Shown piece after piece: positions 53,365 to 64,000 of a stretch of 64,000 bases of DNA; the first letter of the stretch is position 1, and each line of letters begins with the position of its first letter. Source of the DNA: Eledone cirrhosa (Eukaryota); NCBI GenBank assembly GCA_964016885.1, contig OZ024745.1:122202001-122266000 (forward strand), given 5' to 3'. The position numbers were made by a program, and so were the translations under genes. A model generated the notes under the pieces. That model was given only the letters and a program-made list of their open reading frames with translations, was not told where the DNA came from and made no database searches.

Positions 53365-53424
53365 GGGAGAGAAGCTGACAGATCTGTTTCACACTGTTGG
53401 TGTTCCTCAGAGCAACGTACTCCC
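53365..53424 (-). ncRNA. Type I hammerhead ribozyme motif, intact core
   Basis: Minus strand reads GGGAG-UACGUU-GCU / CUGAGGA / ACAC-CAACA-GUGU / GAAA / CAGAUCUG / UC / AGC-UUCU-CUCCC: all core nucleotides, three stems, GUC cleavage triplet. Confidence 0.85.
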
Positions 53425-53613
53425 CGACCTCTGCCGAAAATTATAGAGGCTGGATTCTTATAGAATTCCAGTAATAATCAGGAACTGATTATACAGAGCG
53501 ATTACCGGTCCAGCAAAAATAAAAAAATTAGGATTGGTGCCCTGAAATAGCGATGTATACATGAATGTATGTATAGTTAGGTAGAAGTGGTTACACAACA
53601 GTTGTGTAACCAC

Positions 53614-53673
<60 letters not shown>

Positions 53674-54635
53674 CTTTCCTAGCAAACTGATGCATAGAAA
53701 GCCAAACACACTAGCACCATGAAAAGAAGCACCCAGTCCATCCTGTAAGGGTTGTATTGGTGCCCACAACAAAAGCACTGTCTATACTGTAATGTTGTCA
53801 TACTGGTACCATGACAAAAAAAAATAATGCAATTAGTCCACTCTGTTAGGTAGCCATACTAGTTCCACAATGTAAAGCTCCCTATAAAAGGGGTAGTAGT
53901 GGTACCAGAAAAAGAAAATTTCTCAGTACACACTGTAATGTGGGTAATGTTATTTGGGGGTATCCAGCTGTAGAACCCAAGCCAGAAGCAGATCTATATG
54001 AGCAGGATGTGATCACCTGACCTGGCTAGCCTCAAAACGTGACAACCCATGCAAGTGTGGAAATTAGACATTAAGCTGTGATAAAGATGAGGATGATGAT
54101 GATGATACGCACACACACACTTCTACAGATCCCTTCTACCAAATTTCACTTGCCTGACATTGGCCAACCTGATGCTATAAAAATAAACACTTACTCTGGA
54201 CACCATGCAGTGAGAGAGAACCCAAAACTATGGGGTTAGGAAGCAAACTCCTTCAATGCACAATCATTCCTGCACCTACATAACTACCTGCGTCAGTTGT
54301 TACCTGACGGGACACTGCATCCTTCAAAACTTCCATGCTTCCCGAAATTCGCCAACACTACACCTGATATTCCTCCTCCATACACACACACACATGTATC
54401 TGTGTGTATATCGTGATGCAGACACTGTCCTCTTTCCTGATAGTTGTACATTATTCTATGTACTATATATGCACCTTTGATGAGTTTTAGTGCACCTGAG
54501 CACTGTACACAATAATTTTCATTATATTATAAACTATGTAAATTTCAAATTTGTTAATGTATTTGATTTGTAGAATATATTTTGTGCTTGAAAAAGCCTA
54601 TAGCCCATCATAATCAATTTGTTATTGTTTTTTAG

Positions 54636-54808
54636 CCACAGTTTAAATAGCCTAACAGGAGCGGAGGAATCAGATGAAGACTCCTTTCATGATGCCAGAG
54701 AGAACCCAACGCCAAGTCAATCTATGATGAACTTAAGTACAATGCCACCAGACACCATTCAGGGACATCAGAGGTCTATCAGCTCTGGAGATGCTTATTC
54801 TTCTATTG
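54636..54808 (+). CDS. Internal coding exon D (SHSLNSLTGAEESDEDSFHDARENPTPSQSMMNLSTMPPDTIQGHQRSISSGDAYSSI)
   Basis: TTGTTTTTTAG acceptor, G|GTAAAC donor; 173 nt, phase 2 to 1; contains FFAT-like EESDEDSFHDARE. Confidence 0.82.
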
Positions 54809-56149
54809 GTAAACAAAAGCACAATATGTCATACATTCTGCATTATAATTGTGTGTTTTTATTGTATTGGATTGGCAGTATAGGTAGAGCTTCAGACACC
54901 ATGCTTCGCAGCATGGAGTTGTGGCCCTTTATGTTCTGAGTTCAAATCCCACCGAGTTTAACTTTGCCTTTCATCCTTATGGGGGTCAATAAAATAAAGC
55001 ACCAGTAATGCACTGGGGTAATTGCTGGCCTTGTGCCAAACGTAGAAACAGTTATTATAGATTAGTCCCAGGCCAGCCCTGATTGGACAGACTTATGATC
55101 AAAGTCGTTCCAGTCATATTTTCAGACATAGTTTATCTAACACTCTCTTATCTATTATCTATCCTCCATTTTTATTTTAAGATGGTAGGATGTTACATGA
55201 GGGAAATTTGGTTGTTGTTTCTAGCAAATGGAGTAACAATGTGGAGGAGTTATATGTGTATTGGTGGTGGATGAGTATTGAAGTTAAATATTTGTGTGTA
55301 GTTAATAAGAACACTTAGAATTATATATCTGTACCTGATTATATAGAGCTGTCAATCTGTGATGCACTAATAATCGGTATTAGGTATCATTTCTTCCTCT
55401 CATTTTTCTTTTGTGGCTATCTTTTAGATTATACATAGGGTTGTCTGCAACATTTCTGTGGCATTGCTTTATATTAACCCTTTCTTTACTATATTTTCTT
55501 ATTCAAATGCACCCTCATATATTTCAATTGAATTCTCAGCAAGATCAAAACTATAGGTTTTTTTTTTTTGTTCATTCATATATGAATGTGCTCTTTGGAA
55601 AATAATTTAACAAAAGGTTTTATATAGATTTAGGATGGAATTTTTGTTTCAAAACCCTTGTTATTAGATGTAACTACAGGAAAATCAAGTGGAATGTAAC
55701 CTTATTAAAACTTTGTTTAAATATTATCATATAAAATGAATTATCAACTAGCATCCATATACAGGGTGTCCCCCAAAGATGTATACACACATTGATTACC
55801 TGTACAAGCAATATTTATTAGAATGCACAGGTTTCCCCCATACAATAGTACTCCATAAATACTGGAAAGACTAATCAGATCTGGTTTATTCCAAGAAATT
55901 TCAAAGAGATATTTTTAAAATGTCCATTCTATTGTGTTCCTGGAATAGTTTCATTCCCCACTGTCAGAATTGCTTTCCCTATTGGAAATTGAAATATCTG
56001 ATTCCTGTATCCAACAGGTTATATTTTTGTTGCATTTTTTATTTGCTGGTGTCACTGCTTCTATTGGAATTCTTCAAATTCAAATTCTCTAATACTGAAT
56101 GTGAAGCTGATATCCAGTTGTTACAAGTGTATGAAGCTGTAGAAAAGAT

Positions 56150-56333
56150 AATTGTTTCTACTTGTGGCACAAGGCTAGCAATTATCCCAGTGCATTACTG
56201 GTACTTTATTTTATCAACCCCGTAAGGATGAAAGGCAAAGTTAACCTCGGCGGGATTTGAACTCAGAATAGCAAGGGCCGTAACTGTATGCGTCAAAGCA
56301 TGGCGTCCGACCCTCTACCGATACTGCCAATCC
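56150..56333 (-). mobile_element. Abundant tRNA-derived SINE (representative copy)
   Basis: Consensus TTCTGAGTTCAAATCCCGCCGAGGTTAACTTTGCCTTTCATCC...GATAAAATAAAGTACCAGT...GCCTTGTGCC...GAAACAATT; about 20 further copies, e.g. near 4300, 12595, 13320, 16460, 18030, 20650, 22830, 24597, 25150, 25850, 32800, 34400, 35560, 37050, 49745, 54870, 58642, 60300, 60810, 61510, 62150, 62355. Confidence 0.85.
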
Positions 56334-59300
56334 AGAAAAGATAATAAAGAAAAAATACCCCCAAACAATTTGGAGAACACAATCTTGATGTCTTAAAATA
56401 TTACATGAGTCATATTTTCACTAATATAGTCAGAAGATTTATCTCACTATTTTCATTTATATATCAACAAATAATCGTGTTGAGTATGAGGAGTGTTGTA
56501 ATAAAGGATGATGGAAGGTTTGGAGCAGATTGATAAGGAAAGAGCTTAAGCATTTCTAAACTGGATGTTTTTTTTATATATAAGATGCCTTTTTTTTTTT
56601 TTTTACCAAAGAAATAGTATTTCACAGTTATTTTTAGGTATCAAACTACAAATCTAACATTATAATAATATTTCAGTGTAATTTTACTACAGAAATGAAG
56701 ATTTGTTACTTTAGTACAACACCAAATTAAATCTGTGGTTCATTAACTCTATTTTTAAAATGTTATTGTTTCTTATGCCCAAGTTAGCCCCTATCTAACT
56801 GACCTGTGATCAAAAGCATTCTAGCAGTAGCCATCATATGTCTATGACTACATTATCCAATGTATTCTTTCATTTTTAAGATGATACAGCTCACACCTGC
56901 ATCGGTTTAACCAGCCCCCTTTGAGGTTGTATCTCATAGAAGGTCTATTGGGTATTTTAATAAGAGTTCCAGTACTTTTATTTATATGAATTGAAAAAAT
57001 TCAGTTCATATTTCTAGCAGGTCAAGTAATTACATAGAAGTTCTCACCTTGACTTAATTGAAAGATTTCACAATTAGGTATCCATTTATGTACTTTTTCC
57101 TACTTTTTATGTTATTTAATCTTTAACACGTTATTGGCGACAATGAACAATAGAGTAATTTCCCCTTAATACATAAAAATTAATAGCGTGCTAAAGATTA
57201 AGTTGTTAATCTGAGGTCAAACATTAACCCTTTCGATGTCAAACCACCTGACACCGCTCTTGCTTCTATGATATAGAATTGCTTTTTTTAAGCTGTTTAT
57301 ATTTATCTAAACACTTCCAATCATAATGTAAGAACCTTTGTTATATTATGTTCCAAACACCAGCTTAATAATGAGAAAATCAGTTATTTAAATTGTTGAT
57401 TATTTAAAAAAATTATTGAAAATCATAAAGCAGTGTCTTTCATAAGAAATAGGAGAGGGTTAATATCTACATAGACTTTATTCACTTATTATGGTATTTC
57501 TCTGAGAATAGCTATTCAAGATTATGCTGAATCACAATGAATAGAAAAATACTGTATTTTAATGCATTTCAGTTCATTCTTGCATAAAGAAATGCCTGGT
57601 TATGATAATGATGATGACGAGAGAGTTGGATTAGGGCAGGATGGATAAATAGACATTTTTAGTATTTAGTATTGCAAATATCACCATTGTCTTGTCATCA
57701 TATAAAAATGATCACTGAAGTAGTTAATGAAAGCAAAGTTTCCAGTTAAGATTTGCCTGCTATTTTCCATGGGACTCAAGAAGTATCACACAATCAAAAA
57801 ATTGATAATTTTTTAATTATAGATAATAAATTCAGACTATAAGTTTACTAATTGTAAAGCCTATGTGCATCTTTGAGAATTTCTGTATTATTTTGTATTG
57901 AAATATCGTCTGCATGATTTTGTTTATTTATTATTATTATTTTTTTTTTGCTTATTTATTCATTAGCAAATCATTTTTGACATAAGCAAATTTGTTTCAT
58001 CTCATTTAGGATACAGTTTCTTTGCATAATATTTCTTTTCTGTCTTGTGCAGTAATATTTGTTTAATTTTTAACATCTTGTACCACATAAAATGACATCC
58101 CTGAAAAGTATAAACAGCAATGTCATGACTCTATCAAATTAAAATTTCATGTCTTTACTCTGATACTGCAAATTTTCAAAACGATCTATACACTAACTAG
58201 TAAAGACACTATAAACATGTGAATTAACTCTTTAACATTTACATTACTCTATATGTACTATTATATTTTCATGGTAAAGGTTTTACCTCACATAATATTG
58301 AATCTATGAGATTTGATATTATTCATTTTTAGAACACCATACCTTAACATCAGTATGAGTAGCTGGTTACAGCTGGTTTGAACAGAAAGAGGTGAGAGAA
58401 TTCTGGCCGGATATGGCCGGTTTAAATGCTAAAGAATTAACAAAGCTATTTTTAACCCTTTAGCATTTGAACCAGCTATATCTGGCCAGAACTGTCTCAC
58501 CTCTTTCTATTCAAACTGATTGTAACTGGTCACTCATACTGATGTTAAGGTATTGTTCTCAAAATAAATAATATCAAAATTTCATAGATTCAATATTATG
58601 TGAAATAATTATGTGAGATAAAGCCTTCACCATGAAAATATAATTGTTTCTACTTTAGGCACAAGGCCAGCAATTACCCAGTACTGGTACTTTATTTTAT
58701 CGACTCCGTAAGGATGAAAGGCAAAGTCAACCTCAGCGGGATTTGAACTCAGATCGTAAAGGGACGTAACTATGCTGGAAAGCATGGCGCCCGACCCTTT
58801 ACCGATACTGCCAATAAATATAGAGTAATGTAAATGCTAAAGGATTAAACATTTTTTGTTAGATCATTACAGGATGTTAAGAGTTAATGTGTGAGCTGTT
58901 TAGATTATTTTCCTTGATCACATTTGTTTAGTTTAGTGTTGCACTTCTATGCTTGATCCTACTTGCTGTTTGAATGACTGTTTGTTCCCATTGATCATTT
59001 TTTTTTGTGTGTGTGTGTTATTATTATTTAATGTTCATTTATTTTCCTATCATATCAACATTGTCTCTTCTATTATACACTACAACCAATACTACTACCA
59101 CAATATTATTTACATATTTACTACTTGAGGTTTGAAATTTAAATCAAACATTAACATTTGCCAAGTTTAACTTTTTTTCAGTCATTTCAACTTTTACATT
59201 ATTCACTGCCGTTTTACTCTTGTTGAAAATTAAATAGGAAGTAGTTGATTATTTTTTTAACCCTATAATATTCATTTCACTACTTTTTCATTTTCATTAC

Positions 59301-59673
59301 TTTTCATTTTCTCTGTATGTATGTGTTCTTCTTCCTTTATTAACAATGCTTTTACTTTTCTCTTGCTAATGAACTTATGTGTTTTTCATTTTAATGCTTG
59401 ATTTTTCTCATCCTCCTTGTCAGTCCCAAAGAACTACAGAATATTGCCCATGTTCTGATGTTTGGCCATAATGGATGTTAAATATATAGAAATTAATAAA
59501 ATATTATAAAAAACACCATAATCCAGATGAGTAGGAATAGCTTTTATTGCATAACACTTACACATGTTTCATTGTATCTATTACATATGTCTTGGACCGC
59601 TAATTTTTGATTATTTCATTATTTTAATGAAAATTAATTCGCATCCAACTACTTAGATATGTAGTTATATATA

Positions 59674-59745
59674 CTAGCAGAAAAACCACCCTTCGGATGG
59701 TTTTCTGCTAGCATGTGTAGTGTGTATATTGATATTATACGCAAG

Positions 59746-59779
<34 letters not shown>

Positions 59780-60172
59780 GATATGATACATCAAATAAAA
59801 TCGTAATTGACAATATACACAGAAATTGAACGAAGACTGTTACACTGTCTTATGTAATCAGTAACGTAATCCATGATACATTAAAAAAAGACAATATTAT
59901 ATATAAGCTGCATTAGGAGAAAATTAGTGACAGAAACTTAATATGTTTATTTAAGCGATCGCCACCGGAAGTGTTGACATTTGAAAATTTTAAAGAAGTG
60001 AATCTTTAAATAAATAATAAAATATATTCAATGAACAGCCACGAAATTTAGTGGATAAATTATGTAATATTCATTCATTATTTATTCAAAGTAATCCAAC
60101 TTATTTTACTAAGGGGATAAAAAATTATAAACTGAACACAGTCCCGCGCGTCTTACTTTATTATAGTTTAGA
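59674..60172 (-). mobile_element. Non-autonomous Helitron-like element
   Basis: Minus strand A|TC start at 60172, CTAG|T end at 59674, subterminal hairpin CCATCC-GAA-GGGTGG ~11 nt from the end, no TSD. Confidence 0.6.
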
Positions 60173-62699
60173 TATATATATACATATACATGCACACGGA
60201 TATTTACAAATATGCATTCCTAAGCAGTGCTTACCTGAGCTCAGGGGGATAAGTGGGAATATCATGTTTACAGAGATTATTATTCATAAATTTAGGGTCA
60301 TAGATTAGCAGTAGGGTTAGAGCATTGGAAAACACGTTCTGAGTTCAAATCCTGTTGAGGTTCATTTTGCTTTTCATCCTTACAGGGTCGATAAAATAAA
60401 GTACCGGTAATGCACTGGAGTTAATTTAATTGACAATCCCTCACCCAAAGATTGTTGAACATGTGTCTAAACCAGAAACCATTATTCATAAATTTAGATC
60501 CATTTTTCCATGCTTCCTTGGGCAGGACATCCTCATTTTATGTCCATTTTTTCCATGTTGGCATAGGAAGAACATAATTTTACATCTATTTTTCCATGCT
60601 TGCATAGTGTTGGATATCATCAGAGATAATCTGCAAAATTATTGCATGCACTCGTCAAACTTCAATTATGAAATATGATCTTAGTTTGGGGTTATTCATT
60701 CCACTGAATTTGCTACAAATATTTTTCCACACTCAACATACAAAAGTGTTTATTACTCTGTTATAAAGTCATCATTATATTTTTAGCTCGGTATGTTCAG
60801 ATAAAAGGTAGTGAATTGACAGAGTCGTTAGGAAGTCAGATAGAAGTTTGAAGTATTTGTTCTGCCTTTCTGCGTTCTGGGTTCAAATCCAGCTGAGGTC
60901 AGCTTTACCTTTGATCTTTTTGAGGTTGATAAAAGCAGTACCAGTCCAGTATTGGGGTTAACTTTTCCTCTATATCTCTCTCCTTCTTTTTGATTCTCTC
61001 CTTCTCTAGCAAAAAATGAGTATGTTCAGATGTAGAGAGGGATGGGCTCCACCAGGTTTAAATATACCTAAGATGGCACCCCTACAGTTATGGAGTTATG
61101 TCCCCCCACACACGCACATCTGACTGCTTCATTTGATCAACAAGAATCAGGACAATTTCATTTTTGCCTTGGTTTGTTTCTCTAAGATTTAGTTCCTAAA
61201 CTTAAACTCTGAGTTGTTGGTTTATCTTATGGGAGCGTTAACCAATAGTGTGTGTGTAAAGCAGGGGGCTGGGGTCTGTGAAAATTGTGATGCATTAGGG
61301 ATGGAGAGCAGTGAAATATGTTAGTTGGTTCAGTTAATAATTGTAAAAAAACATTTAACCATCTGAGCCCTGATCCCACCCCTACCATGTCTACAGTCTC
61401 CAGCTCTGGGTATCAGCACAAAAATCATCACAGGTAGGGGGTAGTGGTGATATTTTTCAAATAAATCCTAAAGGGAGAGAAAAAAAAAAAAATGTATGAT
61501 ACATGAAATGAGTGTTCTGAGTTCAAATCCTGCCATGGTCAACTTTGCCTTTCATCCATTTGAGGTCAATCAAAAAAAAAAATGCCAGTACAGTACTGGG
61601 GTTGATTCTTCCTTTATTGAAAAAAAATCGGCTGTGTTCAGACCTGGAGAGGGTTGGGCTCTGCCTGGTTTAAAAGTGCCCGAGACAGGCTGTATAATGG
61701 TGCCTCTATGACTCCACAAGGAGTTATGGGATCTTTAAACAGGAAATGTATAATAAATGAAAGCTGTTTTCCTGAAAAACTCAGCCTGAAAGAAAGATAT
61801 AAAATGATTGCTGATTCATGGACAAAGTGATGGAAATAATTGTAGTAAACAGGTGTGTAGTATGAAATACCAGGCTGGCAGGTTGAAAGTGTTAAGCTTG
61901 AACAGTTAGGTAAATTTACAAAGTAAACCTGTCAAACAAAAAGTCAGTAGGAACCTTCAGCTGTGTCAAAGACATAACAATCTTCCCAGTGCTAGTATCA
62001 TAATAAAATGCCCTTAGCAGAGCACAGAAATGTAGGTAAGCAAGCTACATGCCCCCAGCCCATCTGAAAAGTCAGTAGCCATGCTTCAGTATTGGCTCAA
62101 TCTTTGAAGTGCTATCCAACCATTGTTTGTAGGAAAAATGGATGTTAAATAATTGTTTCTATTTTAGGCACAAAGCCAGCAATTACCCAGTACATTACTG
62201 GTACTTTACTTTATCGACCCCGTAAGGATGAAAGGCAAAGTTAACCTCAGCGGGATTTGAACTCAGATCATAAAGGGACGTAACTCTATGCGTCAAAGCA
62301 TGGCGTCCGACCCTCTACCGATACTGCCAATCCACTAAATAATGATGATAATTGTGTGTTTCTACTTTTGGCACAAGGCCAGCAATCACCCAGTACATTA
62401 CTGGTACTTTATTTTATCGACCCCATCAGGATGAAAGGCAAAGTTGACCTCAGTGGGATTTGAACTCAAAATGGAAAGTGCCGTAACTCTATGCGTCAAA
62501 GCATGACCTTCTACTGATACTGCCAATCCACCGCCCTTTAATAATGATGATAATGATGATGAATATGTTTATTCCAAAGTTGATTCTTTTTCTTATGACT
62601 TCCTGAAGGGATCCAAACTATCACGGTTGTGATTTTTATAGTGAATTTGATGATTTCTATCTGTTTTCATATAGTATGTTACTTAATTGGTATAATCTC

Positions 62700-63000
62700 T
62701 TTGAAGGCTCTTCAGGCTAAAGTTTGTGGAATTGAAAAAGGTACTCAGGGTTGTTGTTGGCAAGAGGGTTAATAATGTTGTGGGTGTCTACCAAGTTAGT
62801 TGCCAGATATTGGAGCTTCAATGTATCCGTGCCCAGGGAAGCAAGGCATTCAGAGTATGGTAGATGCCTGATGGAGGGTATTTGCTTGGTTGCACGTCTC
62901 CAGACTGGCAATGCAAATTCTAAGTGTGGATGCACCATAGCTATATACAGCTTTAAATAGATAGCTGTGTAGGGGCTGACAAAGGTCTGAAGTTATTTGT
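62700..63000 (-). mobile_element. CR1/L2-type LINE RT C-terminal fragment
   Basis: VHPHLEFALPVW...RRATKQIPSIRHLPYSECLASLG..TLKL. Confidence 0.65.
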
Positions 63001-63265
63001 CCTGACACATTATCATGCATCATGCTTTTTCTAATATTGTACACTATTGCATACTCAGATAAATAGTAGGTAAAAGTAGTTTAATTATTTATAATTAGTC
63101 ACTTGTTTCTGCTAATGAAAATGAATCTAACCTATTTCCCTTTCCAGGTAACTCATTAACAGGTGGCAGGCACTAAATCATTGATTAACACAATCACATT
63201 TTGCTAATGAATTGTCTCCCAGTTTTGGGAATCAATTAGTTTTTATTTGTTTAATTTGATTACAG

Positions 63266-63333
63266 GCATATCTTCAGTTACTGATTATAAACATCCAAGT
63301 TGGCCTTTAACCGGCATGTTTGACTTTGAAAAG
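63266..63333 (+). CDS. Internal coding exon E (GISSVTDYKHPSWPLTGMFDFEK)
   Basis: TTACAG acceptor, AAG|GTAATT donor; 68 nt, phase 1 to 0, compatible with exon D. Confidence 0.72.
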
Positions 63334-63687
63334 GTAATTCCTTTCAGACATTGATCTAATCTGCAATATTATTTGTCTCTGTCTATTTCTTTATTATTAT
63401 TATTATTTTTTTTTTTTTTTTCCATTTACTATATATATTCAGACTTACCTGTAAGCTAAATAAGCTATAGTTTAGGGCCACACAAATCAGGGGCCTTGTT
63501 TTTAACACTAAATAATAAAAATTATATATATATATACACAGTTCAAGAGTAACCAATCTTAAAGAGAGAGATGGAGATAGTAGGGGAGAGATTGTTAGTT
63601 AGAAGCCAAAGCGTAAAGGCATGTGCTCAATGTGCAATATGCAGTAGAAAGCAGCTAGGTGGCTGGGTTCATGCAGAAGTTAGGTGC

Positions 63688-63721
<34 letters not shown>

Positions 63722-64000
63722 GCATCTACTGAGTTACATACACACACACATCTACTGAGTTACAAACACACACACACACACACATCTACTGATGAATTTT
63801 AGCAGTGTGAAATATTTTTGAAATTAAGAATTTTAGTAGAAAGTTACGACCTGGGTTAAAGATAGGAGTCACTACCTGGGTTCTAAGACTATTTATTATG
63901 TAGAGGTAAAATAAGCTTCCGGGACCCCTGCTAGAGTTGCGTCCCTTCAGGGTTTACTACGACTAAAATAAGCTTTAAAAGCATGTTTGTCTATTTTTCC

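Noticed and set aside
53357-53463. Apparent exon after a TTCTTTTTTCAG acceptor
   Set aside because: The phase required after exon C hits a stop within a few codons and there is no good donor; the sequence is explained by the antisense hammerhead module.
57573-57650. Possible alternative terminal exon after CATTTCAG
   Set aside because: Weak pyrimidine tract, short frames ending in stops, no independent support.

Overview
Eukaryotic, AT-rich, microsatellite-laden genomic DNA. The SINE/MITE/microsatellite content suggests an octopus (coleoid cephalopod) genome; this is inference, not verified. Almost all ORF-track ORFs are simple-repeat or transposon artefacts. The window holds five phase-compatible internal exons of one + strand protein-coding gene (32202-32278, 47138-47231, 51383-51884, 54636-54808, 63266-63333). 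Its product is unidentified, Ser-rich, and carries an FFAT-like motif. The exons are embedded in decayed LINEs (R4/Dong-like, RTE, CR1, I-group), Tc1/mariner relics, tRNA-derived SINEs, a TTAA MITE family, a small Helitron, solo-LTR-like repeats and satellites. The most striking signal is a set of short non-coding modules, mostly embedded in (TA)n and often folded back as inverted repeats, that carry type I hammerhead ribozyme motifs with palindromic stem III. There are eight full-core copies, four with an unmutated core and compact fold, the best at 53365-53424 on the minus strand. They resemble Penelope-like pLTR/retrozyme relics. All structures were read by eye and none has been computed or assayed.
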